Source: Sedimentisphaerales bacterium
GTDB lineage: Bacteria; Planctomycetota; Phycisphaerae; Sedimentisphaerales; Anaerobacaceae
Reading direction: 5' to 3'
DNA: 64,000 nucleotides
Assembly: GCA_963708075.1 (NCBI GenBank)
Contig: OY970194.1
Location: 2,592,001-2,656,000 of the forward strand
Below are positions 52,298 through 63,272 of this stretch, piece by piece (position 1 is the stretch's first letter; every line of letters begins with the position of its first letter). Below the pieces are notes generated by a model that was not told the origin of the DNA, did no database searches, and was given only the letters and a program-made list of their open reading frames with translations. The position numbers were made by a program, and so were the translations under genes.

Positions 52298-52849
52298 TCA
52301 TTCGGGGTCGGATGCTGCCGCTGCTTGCATGGGAAGCTTGCCATGCTCCTTCAGGATCGCGTCGACTTCCCTGTCATAGTTTGGATCAATTCGGTACTCA
52401 TCATCGTAGTACCACAGGCCTTCCAGCAGCTTGCGGTCACCGCCGCGGAACTCGGAGAAGCGTTTCTCATAGCCATCGGGATACGCAAATAGACCGAACG
52501 ACCACCATTTCGTGTTCATCTCAACTCTCACCACCCCGTGGTCCGTAATCGTCACAAATCGCGGGCGAAGCGCGCGGATCGCTTGCGGGAACTGCGATAC
52601 CTCCGAGTGCGGCCGGAAGCGCACACGATAATAGTTGGCCTCCAGTTTTCCGCTGGTAACCCGGGCGGAAAGCTCCCGGCATGCGTCGAGCAGAGCCTGG
52701 TGGTCGGCCTGGCCCAGCAGCTTCGGACGCAGGTCCCTCAGCTCGACACTCATCAACAGACCCAGTCCGACCTGATAGCCGGAGTAGACCAGCATGGCCA
52801 CTACGGCAATAGTGACAACTATGACGATTGCTCTTCCGGTTCTGCTCAT
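52298..52849 (-). CDS. Hypothetical membrane-anchored protein
   Basis: GAGG RBS, N-terminal TM helix, C-terminal RKLLEGLWYYDD. Confidence 0.6.
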   Translation of the reverse strand: MSRTGRAIVIVVTIAVVAMLVYSGYQVGLGLLMSVELRDLRPKLLGQADHQALLDACRELSARVTSGKLEANYYRVRFRPHSEVSQFPQAIRALRPRFVTITDHGVVRVEMNTKWWSFGLFAYPDGYEKRFSEFRGGDRKLLEGLWYYDDEYRIDPNYDREVDAILKEHGKLPMQAAAASDPE

Positions 52850-53160
52850 CTCGGTCCTCGATGGGATCGCGCCATTTCCGCCTATCAGCTTACCACTCGT
52901 GTGGAGCGAAGGCAATCCCTCTGTTCAGCGGGCGATCCATTGGGGCATGCCCGGTATGCGGCTATCCGCCCTCGCAGGACGAAAGCAGCAATTGGCACGC
53001 GTCGTTGCGGGTTTTCCCTTCGGGCCGGCGGACCGCACGAGCGTAATAACACGAGCGTAGTAAAGGATGAGGCGTTGAGGAAGCGGCCGCAGCCGCTTGG
53101 ACGCCCAAGGTGATCCAGCGATCACCCGTACTGTAACGACAGCAAGGAAAGGATACTGCC

Positions 53161-53589
53161 ATGGCACAGGCAAGAACTGGCGACCATGTGAAAGTCCGTC
53201 TCACGGGAAGGCTGGATGACGGCACCGTCTTCGCGACCGTCGGCGAGGCGGATCCGATCGAGTTCACCCTCGGCACCAGCGATGTGCTGCCGGCGCTCGA
53301 GGATGCATTGGAAGGCATGGAGCCCGGCGAGACGAAAACTGTATTTATCCCGTCCACGGATGCCTTCGGGCCCTGGCGGGAGGAGTTGGTCGAGGAGATT
53401 CCCCGCGAGAGTCTGCCGGTCGAGCTCGACGTCGAGGTCGGCCAGCAACTGCAGGTGAGCCAGCCGGGCATGGACCCGCTCATCGTCTCGGTGATCGATG
53501 CCTCCGACTACTCGGTCACGATCGACGCGAACCACCCCCTGGCCGGCGAAGACCTCGTCTTCGACCTGGAGTTGGTGGACGTCTCCTGA
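53161..53589 (+). CDS. FKBP-type peptidyl-prolyl isomerase (SlyD/SlpA-like)
   Basis: GDHVKV..TGRLDDGTVF, LEGMEPGE, IDANHPLAGEDLVFDLEL. Confidence 0.92.
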   Translation: MAQARTGDHVKVRLTGRLDDGTVFATVGEADPIEFTLGTSDVLPALEDALEGMEPGETKTVFIPSTDAFGPWREELVEEIPRESLPVELDVEVGQQLQVSQPGMDPLIVSVIDASDYSVTIDANHPLAGEDLVFDLELVDVS

Positions 53590-53828
53590 TACCGTTTTCA
53601 CACCACGCACGTTCAGGGAGGGCATGAATCCACGTGCCCTCCCTGACGCGAATACCGCCGCCCGTGTCGCAATCGATTTTGACCCTCCGCCAGAACTATG
53701 CGGGTGATTTCTTGCGATACGGCCTTGCGCCCACGAACACGAGATTCCGTGCCGTAGAAATGCAGGATTTTGCGTCTGAACTGCGAGAGCTTCTCGCACA
53801 GGCAACCGCCGATTGCGGTGGTGATGGA

Positions 53829-53864
53829 TAAAGAAAAGGCCCCATGACAAGCACGGGGCCTTCT
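53829..53864 (-). terminator. Rho-independent terminator of the cold-shock gene
   Basis: AAGGCCCC/GGGGCCTT stem running into a T-rich tract on the minus strand. Confidence 0.75.
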
Positions 53865-53885
53865 GTTGAACAAGCGGATCGTGCC

Positions 53886-54089
53886 TTAGCAGGGCACGAC
53901 GTTGGTCGCGCACGGGCCTTTGCGGCCCTGGCCGACCGTGAATTCGACCTTCTGGCCCTCGTCCAGCGAAGCAAACCCGTTGGTCTTTATCTCCGAGTGG
54001 TGGACGAACAAATCCTCGCCGCCGCCGTCCGGGGAGATAAATCCAAATCCCTTGTCCGCGTTAAACCATTTCACCGTTCCTTTTGCCAT
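53886..54089 (-). CDS. cspA: Cold-shock protein (CspA family)
   Basis: [18 protein letters not shown]...LFVHHSEI (RNP1/RNP2), 67 aa. Confidence 0.95.
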   Translation of the reverse strand: MAKGTVKWFNADKGFGFISPDGGGEDLFVHHSEIKTNGFASLDEGQKVEFTVGQGRKGPCATNVVPC

Positions 54090-54200
54090 TTCTTGTACTC
54101 CCTGGACCCGACGGGTCCACAAATAGATTCTCCCTCTGTCACTGTCAAAGGGGTATACTCCGAGGGAGGAAAGCGTACTCCTTACTATAGACTGCAAGGG

Positions 54201-54250
54201 AGTATACGCCCTCGCCGCCCCGCCGTCCAGGAAATTATAAAAAAATATTT
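54201..54250 (-). promoter_or_regulatory. cspA promoter with AT-rich UP element
   Basis: TGGACG-N17-TATACT (54229-54201), preceded by AAATATTTTTTTATAATTT. Confidence 0.65.
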
Positions 54251-54482
54251 CCGACCCCCCCGGTGAGGATAGAGGGTAAGAAGGCAGGAAAGGTGTGATT
54301 CTACAGCCAACGTTTGTCGCGACAATAGGGCGTTCTCGGGCGATGACTCCTTCAGCGTGCGCAAAGGGACACTTATGCTTGCCTCCGGCGACATTGGAAA
54401 GGGCCGAGAGCAAGACCCACAGCCCTTGCGTGTGGGAACCCACGCGGTCCGCACGGAGTACGCATCTCGCTAAGCCGGCAGG

Positions 54483-54677
54483 CTATTCGAGGAGGTAGGT
54501 CTGGTGTGGCCGCGGTTGCGGGGAAGGAACATGAACGACTCGGATGGCGCCTTGAGAAGGCGCGCAAATGGCACAGACCCGTCTCGTTCGCCCGGACTCC
54601 TCAAACGAGATCACCACACATCCGCTCAGCAGGACTGCCGCCGCCAGGATCACGAGAACCAATAGTGCCCTTTTCAT
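54483..54677 (-). CDS. Small lipoprotein
   Basis: AGGAGG RBS; MKRALLVLVILAAAVLLSGC lipobox. Confidence 0.65.
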   Translation of the reverse strand: MKRALLVLVILAAAVLLSGCVVISFEESGRTRRVCAICAPSQGAIRVVHVPSPQPRPHQTYLLE

Positions 54678-54854
54678 GGCTTACCTCCTATACATCAGAG
54701 CCGTTTTTCAGCATTTGCTCTACATAGATAAGGCAGCGGACAGCCATCTGGTAACGGTGACAAAACTCGGGTAGACTGGGGGCCGCTCCATTGGAGCGTG
54801 TTGGAACAGGAAATGCACGGCATCCTGCGAACTTGTTGAGAAAGGAACTGGGAT

Positions 54855-57800
54855 ATGGCTTCCATGGGACGCGTTTTTGTGCTTGCGGTTTGTCTGATAG
54901 CGGTCACTGCATCCGCTCAGTCCGGGCCTACGCCCGTGCGGATGGACGTACGGGTCTGGGAGGAGCCGCTCGTATTGCCCTCCTATCGCGTGGACCCGCC
55001 CGACCCGAGCCCCATGTTCTATACGGGCGCCTCCTACCAGGGAGCCCAGAAGCGGATCTATCCGTATCCGTTGATCGACAGGATCACCGGGATTCGCGAG
55101 GAAGGGACGTGGAAGTCGCTGAACCTGGAGAACGAGTACATCCGGCTGTCGGTCCTGCCGGAGATCGGCGGCAGGCTGTTCTCAGCCGTGGACAAGACGA
55201 ACGGCTACGACGTCTTTTACCATCAGCACGTCATCAAGCCCGCCCTGATCGGCATGCTGGGCGCGTGGATCTCCGGCGGCGTCGAGTGGTGCGTCTTCCA
55301 CCATCACAGGAACACGACCCACATGCCGGTGGATTACACGCTGGCGGAGAACCCCGATGGCAGCAAGACGATCTGGTTCGGCGAAACGGAACGGCGGCAT
55401 CGCATGCGCTGGATCATCGGCATCACGCTGTACCCGGACAAGTCGTACATCGAAGCGACCGTCAAGATGTTCAACCGCACCGCCTTGCCGAACTCGATTC
55501 TCTACTGGGCCAACGTGGCCGTGCACGTCAACGATGATTACCAGGTGATCTTCCCGCCGAGCGTCCAGGTGGCAACCTACCACTCCAAGAACGACTTCTC
55601 CTACTGGCCGATCGGGCAGGGCCGATATCGCGGTACAGACTACAAGGGCGTGGACCTGAGTTGGTGGAAGAACCACCCGAACGCCGTGTCGTTCTTCGCC
55701 TGGGACCGGCAGGAAGACTTCATGGGCGGCTACGATCACGGCCGCGAGGCCGGAGTTGCGAGTATCGGCGACCACCACGTCGTCACCGGCGCCAAGCTTT
55801 GGGAATGGGGACCGAACAACATCTGGGACACGAAGGTGCTGACCGACTCCGATGGCCCGTACGCGGAGTTGATGGTCGGGGCGTTCTCAGATAACCAGCC
55901 CGACTATAGCTGGATCAAGCCGTACGAGGTCAAGACCTTCAAGCAATACTGGTACCCGATCCGCGAGATCGGAGGAATGAAGAACGCCAATCTCGATGCG
56001 GCCGTGAATCTGGAACTCGATCCCAACGGCGTGGCCACATTCGGATTCAACACGACCTCGCCATTCAAAGGGGCGAGAGTTGTGCTGACCGCCGGTGACA
56101 AGACCATCGTCAAGCAGACGATCAACATCAGTCCTGACAAGCCGTACGTGAAGAGCGTCAAAGTCCCCGATGGCGCGGAGGAGACCGAACTGAAAGCGTC
56201 GCTCCTGACCTCAAGCGGCCGCACGCTCGTGTCGTACCAGCCGCAGAAAAGGCCGCAACCTGAGAAGTTGCCCGATACCGTCAAGGCCCCGCCGGCCCCG
56301 AAGGATATCGAAAAGATCGAGGACCTGTACCTCACGGGCCTGCGCCTTGAGCAGATCTGCAACCCCAGCGTGGATCCGTTCGACTACTACAACGAGGCGT
56401 TGAAGCGCGACCCGGACGACTCCCGCACGAACACGGTCGTCGGCGCCAGCTACAACAAGCGCGGCATGTACCAGCAGGCAGAGGAACATCTGCGCCGGGC
56501 GATCCGCAAGGTCTCGGCGGAATACACCCGACCCGTGAATACGGAGGCTTACTACCACCTCGGCCTGTCACTGAAGGGACAGGGCCGACTGGAGGAGGCG
56601 TACGACGCCTTCTACCGCTCGACATGGGACTACGCGTTCCACAGTGCCGGATACTTCCAGTTAGCAGCCCTCTCCAGTCGAAAGGGCGATTTCACCAAGG
56701 CCCTGGAACAGATTGACCAATCTCTCTCGACGAACACACTCAACACCAAGGCCGCCGGTTTCCGGGCGGCGATGCTGCGCAAGCTCGGCCGGCCCGCGGA
56801 GGCGACGGCTCCGATTCACAGCGTGCTCACCGCCGACCCGCTCGACTTCCTGGCGATGAATGAGACGTATCTGTCGCGATCGAAGTCCGCCGCCAAGCAG
56901 GTGCTGGCCCGGATGAAGGCCGTCATGCGTGACGATGTGCAATCCTACCTGGAGCTGGCCGCCGACTACATGGACTGGGGTCTCTGGGACGAGGCCATCG
57001 ACATCCTGCAACGGCCCGTGAAGTCGAAGATGGGCTCCGCAAGCACCTACCCGATGGTGTACTACTATCTCGGATATCTGTACGAGCAGAAGGGCCAGAC
57101 GGAAAAGGCCACAGAGCAATATCGGCTGGCCGTGAAGATGCCCGCTGACTACTGCTTCCCGTTCCGGTTCGAATCGGCGGATGTCCTCAAGGCCACAATC
57201 AAGGCTAATCCATCCGACGCACGGGCATACTATTACCTCGGGAACCTCCTCTACGACAATCAGCCGGAGAAGGCCATCGAGGCTTGGGAAAAGTCCGCGT
57301 CGCTCGACACGACGCTCGCCGTTGTCCACCGCAATCTTGGCTGGGGCTATTACCGGCACGACAGCAACACGGTAAAAGCCATCACCAGCTACGAGAAGGC
57401 AATCGCCTGCACCGACCGCGACGCCGGGTATTACCTTGAGTTGGATGATCTGTACGAGCGGGCGAATGCGTCGCCTGAGAAACGGCTGAGACTGCTGGAG
57501 GACAATCACGAGCTGATCGCCCAGCACAAGCCCCTGCTGATCCGGGAGATCGCCCTGCTCATACCCATGGGTAAGTACGACCGGGCCATCGACCTGCTGA
57601 CAAACAACCAGTTCTACACCAGTGAAGGCGGCGGCCGTGAGCTTCACGATACATACGTCGATGCGCATCTGCTGCGCGGCCTGGCGTATATGAGCGAGAA
57701 GCAATACGAGAAGGCCCTCAAGCACTTCCAGCAGGCATCGGAGTACCCTGACAACCTGGCCATCGAGCGGCCGGAAAATGACAGGCGCGGCCCGCAAGTG

Positions 57801-58214
57801 GCCTACCTGACCGCCACCGCCTACACCGCACTGGGCCAGGCGGAACAGGCGAATAAACTCTATACGCAGGCGGCCGGCCAGGAGATTCGTTTCGGCGGGT
57901 CGGAGGCTCGCTTCTATCAGGCCATGGCGATGCAGGAGCTGGGCCAGAAGGAAAAGGCCGACGGCATACTCAAGGACTTGGTCGCCTCGGGCACGAAGAG
58001 GATCTCGGGCGAGGGCGACGTCGATTTCTTCGCCAAGTTCGGCGAGCAGCAGACCCGCCAGGGCCAGCGGGCAACCGCCCACTACGAGCTTGGCCTGGGG
58101 TTGCTGGGTCAGGGCCGCCTCGAAGAAGCCAGGAACCAATTCGAGCAGGCGCTCAATTTCAACGCCGGCCACACATGGGCTAAGTATCACATAGCTTCAT
58201 TGAAAGGCAAATAG
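54855..58214 (+). CDS. DUF5107-domain protein with TPR repeats
   Basis: Signal peptide, IYPYP, LENEYIRLSVLPEIGGR, IKPALIGMLGAWISGGVEW, then many TPRs. Confidence 0.88.
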   Translation: MASMGRVFVLAVCLIAVTASAQSGPTPVRMDVRVWEEPLVLPSYRVDPPDPSPMFYTGASYQGAQKRIYPYPLIDRITGIREEGTWKSLNLENEYIRLSVLPEIGGRLFSAVDKTNGYDVFYHQHVIKPALIGMLGAWISGGVEWCVFHHHRNTTHMPVDYTLAENPDGSKTIWFGETERRHRMRWIIGITLYPDKSYIEATVKMFNRTALPNSILYWANVAVHVNDDYQVIFPPSVQVATYHSKNDFSYWPIGQGRYRGTDYKGVDLSWWKNHPNAVSFFAWDRQEDFMGGYDHGREAGVASIGDHHVVTGAKLWEWGPNNIWDTKVLTDSDGPYAELMVGAFSDNQPDYSWIKPYEVKTFKQYWYPIREIGGMKNANLDAAVNLELDPNGVATFGFNTTSPFKGARVVLTAGDKTIVKQTINISPDKPYVKSVKVPDGAEETELKASLLTSSGRTLVSYQPQKRPQPEKLPDTVKAPPAPKDIEKIEDLYLTGLRLEQICNPSVDPFDYYNEALKRDPDDSRTNTVVGASYNKRGMYQQAEEHLRRAIRKVSAEYTRPVNTEAYYHLGLSLKGQGRLEEAYDAFYRSTWDYAFHSAGYFQLAALSSRKGDFTKALEQIDQSLSTNTLNTKAAGFRAAMLRKLGRPAEATAPIHSVLTADPLDFLAMNETYLSRSKSAAKQVLARMKAVMRDDVQSYLELAADYMDWGLWDEAIDILQRPVKSKMGSASTYPMVYYYLGYLYEQKGQTEKATEQYRLAVKMPADYCFPFRFESADVLKATIKANPSDARAYYYLGNLLYDNQPEKAIEAWEKSASLDTTLAVVHRNLGWGYYRHDSNTVKAITSYEKAIACTDRDAGYYLELDDLYERANASPEKRLRLLEDNHELIAQHKPLLIREIALLIPMGKYDRAIDLLTNNQFYTSEGGGRELHDTYVDAHLLRGLAYMSEKQYEKALKHFQQASEYPDNLAIERPENDRRGPQVAYLTATAYTALGQAEQANKLYTQAAGQEIRFGGSEARFYQAMAMQELGQKEKADGILKDLVASGTKRISGEGDVDFFAKFGEQQTRQGQRATAHYELGLGLLGQGRLEEARNQFEQALNFNAGHTWAKYHIASLKGK

Positions 58215-58380
58215 CTTGACCTGTCCGGCGCGATTTGGCGCCGGTGAGGATATTCCTCAGAGCAACTGAGCACACCGCGCATTGCGGGTGGGTCGATCCC
58301 CATTTACCCTCAGGGCAGCGTGTGGCGCAGCCGTCATGGAGGCGGCAATCGAGCGCAACTGAACCACGCGTCCTGAGGTG

Positions 58381-59544
58381 ATGATGGAGTTGCTGCGAAC
58401 CGAGAACCTGAGAGCGTTGGTTGAACACAAGCAATGGCCCAGTATTTCGATATACCTCCCAACACATCGCACCGGCAGGAAGGAGATACGGGAAGACCCG
58501 ATCCGGCTCAAGAACGCCATCGCCGAGGCGAAAGAGCGACTCAGCGAAGCAGGCTATCCGAGGGACCAGGCATCTGACCTCCTGGAGCAGGCCAGTAATC
58601 TGGTCGTGAGTCAAAGCTTCTGGCTGTACCAGTCAGATGGCCTCGCCTTGTTCGCCTCGCGGGAACTGTTCCAATTCTACCGACTGCCGCTGCGATTCCA
58701 GGATGAGGTGGTCGTTTCAGATCATTTTTCGATCAGGCAGTTGGTGCCCATGTTCTCCGAGGATGGTCGATTCTACGTCCTGGCGCTAAGCCAGAAGCAG
58801 ATTCGCTTCTTCGAGGCGACCCGACTCGGCATTCAGGAAATCGCGGTGCCCGAGATGTTGAAGAGCATCGGCGACCTCAGGCAATACGATCAGGCCGAGG
58901 AGCATATTCAGGGTCATACCATGGCCCTCACGCAGACTGCCAGGACGAATGTCGTCCTTCACGGCCAGGGCACCATCGCTGACAAGGCGACTTACAAAGA
59001 CGACGTGACGAGGTACATACAGGCGGTGGCCAGGAAGCTGGAGAAGTACCTGAGTACGGAGACGGCTCCCCTTGTTCTGGCCGGGGTAGAGTATGAACAA
59101 GCGTTCTACAGGCAGGAGAACGCCTATCACAACCTTCTGAACGAGGGCATCCCTGGAAACCCGCAGGAGCTTGACCAAAACCAGATTCACGACGCGGCGT
59201 GGGAGATCGTCGAGCCATATTTCGCCCAGGCAAGGCAAACCATGCTCGGCCATTACGCCGACTTCTCGAATACGGATAAGACCTCGGACAAACTCGAGAC
59301 GATTCTGCCGGCCGCTTATCATGGGCGGGTCCGCGCCCTGTTCATCGAGCCGAATGCCAAGGCCTGGGGCCAGTTCGATCCTGAGACACTGCTGACGACA
59401 GTCCACGACAGTCCTGGAGAAGGAGATGTGGACCTCATCGACCTCGCGACCGTGTACGTGCTGGAACATCAGGGCACGATCTACGCTCTAAGGAGAGAGG
59501 AGATGCCCACCGGGAGTCCCCACGCGGCCATCTTCCGGTATTAA
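58381..59544 (+). CDS. Bacterial archaeo-eukaryotic release factor (baeRF3/7-like) protein
   Basis: PSISIYLPTHR, DPIRLKN, DGLALF, FYVLALSQ, PLVLAGVE, GRVRALF, AAIFRY. Confidence 0.82.
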   Translation: MMELLRTENLRALVEHKQWPSISIYLPTHRTGRKEIREDPIRLKNAIAEAKERLSEAGYPRDQASDLLEQASNLVVSQSFWLYQSDGLALFASRELFQFYRLPLRFQDEVVVSDHFSIRQLVPMFSEDGRFYVLALSQKQIRFFEATRLGIQEIAVPEMLKSIGDLRQYDQAEEHIQGHTMALTQTARTNVVLHGQGTIADKATYKDDVTRYIQAVARKLEKYLSTETAPLVLAGVEYEQAFYRQENAYHNLLNEGIPGNPQELDQNQIHDAAWEIVEPYFAQARQTMLGHYADFSNTDKTSDKLETILPAAYHGRVRALFIEPNAKAWGQFDPETLLTTVHDSPGEGDVDLIDLATVYVLEHQGTIYALRREEMPTGSPHAAIFRY

Positions 59545-59607
59545 CGTGATGGGCTTGGCGCCGATGTACTTCGCAGGCGAGTGCATTCATACCGGTGGCC
59601 GCTCGCT

Positions 59608-60918
59608 CTACCATTTCCAGAAGCCCGCCTTGCCGAGCACGTCTTGCACGTGGGTATCCATCTCGCGTTGATCGGTGATGAAGCTGTTGAGGCCGGCCAG
59701 ATTCATGAGACTATCCAGCCCGATGGACCGGTGTGCCAATTGATCCGCCCAGTTGTCAAGCTTGGGAATCTTGCCCTCCTCGGCACTCGTGGCGATCTCG
59801 CTGTTGCTCCATCGAACTAGAAAGTCGCTGCACCCATGTGCCTCGAAGAAACTGATGAGCCTGTCAGCATTGAGCAGATCGATATCCTCCCGGCCGAGGG
59901 CATCGATGCAGGCAACCAATTTGTCGTCCACATCCCAAAGGGTGTCAAGTCCGATGCGATGCGGATCGACATCGTCATTGAGGCCAAGGGCATAGTTCTG
60001 ACCAAGCCGGCTCTCGATGGGCGGCAGCTCATCGGCCCTTCGCCGGAGCTCGCCCGCGATCTTGGGCGGCGACGTGATCACGTCAATCCCCGCCAGATTC
60101 ACGTACTGCTCCCAGGACCGGAAACTCGCTCCAATCTGGTACGTCTGGATTCCGGCTTCTACTCTCAGGGAGCGAACCGCCTCCTGGGATGCCAGGGTGG
60201 CCTTCTCACCGACGTACTCACCGCTGCCCAGATCATTCTCGGCGATGAAGCCGTTCAGCCGCCCCAGAAAGACATTGACGAAGTTCGGCCAGGCGACCCG
60301 CGTGATGACGTAGTTCTGGCGTGCGGAGAAGCCGAGGGTGTGATTGATCGGGATACCCTCCTGCCGTGCCTGGCGGGTGGCAAGCAATCCCGCCGGGGTG
60401 AATGGGATCTTCACATAGAACCGCTCGGGACAGACCGCATAGTACCGCCGCGCGTACTCCACGGATCGCTCGACGTCATGAGCCAGATCGGTGTGCTCTT
60501 CCACGGAGACGTGGGCGTCGAATCGCTCGACCAGACGCAGCCCGTGGGTCGCGTTCAGGATGAAGGCCATCTCCAGCATAAATTCCCGCTCGGTAAGATC
60601 CGGGAAGTCGGAGAGAAGGTCGGCCGCCTCCGCGATCAGCCCATCATAGGTCCCCGTTTGCACTTCCTTGTTAAGGAGCGTGTTGTTCGTCGTCAGGGCG
60701 GTGAATTCCCGCGTCCATACGCGCCCCACATCTTCAAAATTGCCTGAATCCAGCCACAGTTGAGTGCCCAGATTCAGAAACTGTCCCCAGAACGGATCAG
60801 ACTGGGACTCCACTTCCGGCTGCCCGTAGTGCGGGGAGAAATCCTTTCGCACGAAATCGTGCACCTGTTGGCTCAACTCCGAGCCCGCTTTGATTGTCGC
60901 TGTTGTCATAGCTGCCAT
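59608..60918 (-). CDS. Transaldolase family protein
   Basis: LWLDSG, LTTNNTL, Schiff-base FYVKIP, INHTLGFSARQ, VFLGRL. Confidence 0.88.
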   Translation of the reverse strand: MAAMTTATIKAGSELSQQVHDFVRKDFSPHYGQPEVESQSDPFWGQFLNLGTQLWLDSGNFEDVGRVWTREFTALTTNNTLLNKEVQTGTYDGLIAEAADLLSDFPDLTEREFMLEMAFILNATHGLRLVERFDAHVSVEEHTDLAHDVERSVEYARRYYAVCPERFYVKIPFTPAGLLATRQARQEGIPINHTLGFSARQNYVITRVAWPNFVNVFLGRLNGFIAENDLGSGEYVGEKATLASQEAVRSLRVEAGIQTYQIGASFRSWEQYVNLAGIDVITSPPKIAGELRRRADELPPIESRLGQNYALGLNDDVDPHRIGLDTLWDVDDKLVACIDALGREDIDLLNADRLISFFEAHGCSDFLVRWSNSEIATSAEEGKIPKLDNWADQLAHRSIGLDSLMNLAGLNSFITDQREMDTHVQDVLGKAGFWKW

Positions 60919-60946
60919 TCCTCATCCTCGAAAGGACTGTCTATGC

Positions 60947-61969
60947 TCATTCTTCTTCCTGTCTCAATACCTTGGCATCCTGCTCCGGCCACGAGGCGTT
61001 GATCTGCATCCCGGAGCCGATCTCGAATCCCGATGGCATCGTCAGCCGGGGCCGGATTTGCAGGTACCAGTGCAGATAGGGAACGATGGAATTCTGCCGG
61101 GAGTAGCTGTGAATGACGTAGTTGTAGTCCGGGTCATTGAGCTGGTCATGAAGCCGCTGGAGCACCTCCTGCAGAGCGATGGCAAAATGCTCCTTCTCCT
61201 GCCTTGCGATGAGGCCGAAATCGGGACTGTGCCTCTTCGGCGTAATCCACACTTCGAACGGTACTTCGGCGGCGAAAGGAACAAACGACAGAAACGAGCT
61301 ATTCTCATACACGAGCCTCGCCCTGTCGGACTCTTCGAAATCCACAATGTCACACAGAACGCATCGCCGGTTTTGCTGGAAGTAGTTCTCCGCGATATGC
61401 TCGCGGCGTGAGACGAACTCCGGCACGATGCTGGTCGCCAACACCTGCGAATGCGGATGGAGGATGGCAGCGCCCGCCTGCTCGCCATGGTTGCGGAAAA
61501 TGATGACCGACTCGATGCTCTCATCCGTGTTGTACAGCTCGCTATGCCGTGTCACGTAGGTCTCCACGACCGCCTCAGCTTCCTCGTGCGTCATCAGGGG
61601 AAGGTCGCGGTTGTGAAACCGGCTCTCGATGATGACCTCCTGACGGCCGTAATTGGAGGTGACCAGGTAGATCCCGCGATTTACGCCCGCCACATCTGTC
61701 TCAGCGGTGAGGACGGGATACTTGTCCGGCACGACCCGCGTCTGCCACAAGCCGTTCTCTTTCGAGGGCATCTCAAAGATGATCGATGGGAGCATCCGCT
61801 CATTGCCCAGGCAGAACGGACACTGCGGGTCCCGCTCGGCCAGATGTGCCGCGGGGTGTTTCGTCCTTGCCCGGCGAGGTCCCCCGGCCCGTTCGGGCGC
61901 ATAAATGACCCATCGATCTGTTACCAGGTTCTGTCGTATCTCGCCCATCATTGTGCTCTGTATATTCAT
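60947..61969 (-). CDS. galT: Galactose-1-phosphate uridylyltransferase (GalT/HIT family)
   Basis: WVIYAPER, CPFCLGNE, EVIIES, FRNHGEQAG...HPHSQ, GFEIGSG. Confidence 0.88.
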   Translation of the reverse strand: MNIQSTMMGEIRQNLVTDRWVIYAPERAGGPRRARTKHPAAHLAERDPQCPFCLGNERMLPSIIFEMPSKENGLWQTRVVPDKYPVLTAETDVAGVNRGIYLVTSNYGRQEVIIESRFHNRDLPLMTHEEAEAVVETYVTRHSELYNTDESIESVIIFRNHGEQAGAAILHPHSQVLATSIVPEFVSRREHIAENYFQQNRRCVLCDIVDFEESDRARLVYENSSFLSFVPFAAEVPFEVWITPKRHSPDFGLIARQEKEHFAIALQEVLQRLHDQLNDPDYNYVIHSYSRQNSIVPYLHWYLQIRPRLTMPSGFEIGSGMQINASWPEQDAKVLRQEEE

Positions 61970-61998
61970 GGGAGTTCCCGATCAAGACCCAGTTGATT

Positions 61999-62733
61999 TC
62001 AAGTCCAGTACTTTGGGCGTCCGTAGAAATCGTACATCTGCACTTCGTACTCCCGATTCACCGGAGCAGATGGATCATACGGCGGGCTGTCTTCGATCAT
62101 CTGTTTGGGGACATCCACCCACACTTCCCGTCCTTCCCAGCTTATATTCCTGACCCACTCAGATGAGACAAGCACACTCCGTCCGGGGAGCCAGTGGCGT
62201 GTATCCACGACCAGGTAGCGGATGACCCAATCCTCATCGCTGATGATGAAATCTTCGACGTGGCCGATCTGACCGTCGGTCGCGTGGATCCGATATCCAA
62301 TGACCTCTCTCGTGCTCCTCAGGTTTGAGGTTCCTCCGGTACCCTCCTCGGACGACTCCTGTTCCTCCTGCCCAGGCGGAACCGTGAACACGGCGGCGCC
62401 ATAGCCGGTCCCCCAGTATGGGACCCAGTTATAGTATCTGTGCAGTTCAGCCTCTCGCTGTCGTGAGATGGGCTCGTTCTCATCAATGTCAGGCGAGTCT
62501 CTGACCTGTTGTTTGGTCAGTTCGACGGGAAAGGATTGAGTGTGCCAGTCCGGCCGGCCCAGGGCGGTTGCGGCGATCAGCACCTTGCGCCCGCGAAGCC
62601 ATCCGCCCGTGTCCACGACCAGATACCGGATGGCCCAACTGAGATCGTCAAAGAGGAACGTGTGCACCTTGCCGATCTCGCCATCTTTGGCGCCGATGCT
62701 GAATCCCCTGAGACTAATGACGCTGCGAAGCAC
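61999..62733 (-). CDS. Tandem PRC-barrel domain protein
   Basis: Two copies of IxAxDGxIGxV...WxIRYLVVDT; GTG start with an AAGGAG RBS. Confidence 0.88.
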   Translation of the reverse strand: MLRSVISLRGFSIGAKDGEIGKVHTFLFDDLSWAIRYLVVDTGGWLRGRKVLIAATALGRPDWHTQSFPVELTKQQVRDSPDIDENEPISRQREAELHRYYNWVPYWGTGYGAAVFTVPPGQEEQESSEEGTGGTSNLRSTREVIGYRIHATDGQIGHVEDFIISDEDWVIRYLVVDTRHWLPGRSVLVSSEWVRNISWEGREVWVDVPKQMIEDSPPYDPSAPVNREYEVQMYDFYGRPKYWT

Positions 62734-63021
62734 GCTGCTCTCCTTACATGCACGGCGGAACCTCCGCGGCACACCCTGCGATTCTTCTCATGTAACCATA
62801 CCTACGGACCGCTTGTGCGAGGGTGCGTTTTGTCCTGATTCGAGAACTCGCCATTGCTGATGCAGACTCACGTTGCCTTATGCTTGTGCATTAGCCGCTC
62901 GTACGACGCAGATTAAGCAAATTCCTACTATGATTCCTCTAACGATGCCTATAATTAAGGACATGGTACAATCTGGGTTGGGGAAACAGGAGTCGTACTG
63001 GACTGGCGCAAGGAGAATCGG

Positions 63022-63207
63022 ATGAAAGCGCATGTTACCGAAGATTGCATTGCCTGCGGTCGTTGTGTCGAGATCTGCCCGGAAGTATTCGAGATGGGTG
63101 AGGATATCGCCCATGTAAAAGTGGACACGGTACCCAAGGAATATGAGGATGCGACGCAGGAGGCAGCGGATGAATGTCCGACTTCTGCCATTGTCGTGGA
63201 ACGATGA
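63022..63207 (+). CDS. Single-cluster ferredoxin
   Basis: CIACGRCVEICP...ECPTSAI; AAGGAG RBS. Confidence 0.9.
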   Translation: MKAHVTEDCIACGRCVEICPEVFEMGEDIAHVKVDTVPKEYEDATQEAADECPTSAIVVER

Positions 63208-63272
63208 CTTCTGCCGACTCTGACGGAGTGTATGCAACGCGGCCGGAACAACGCGTGAAGGGAGAAAAGAAT

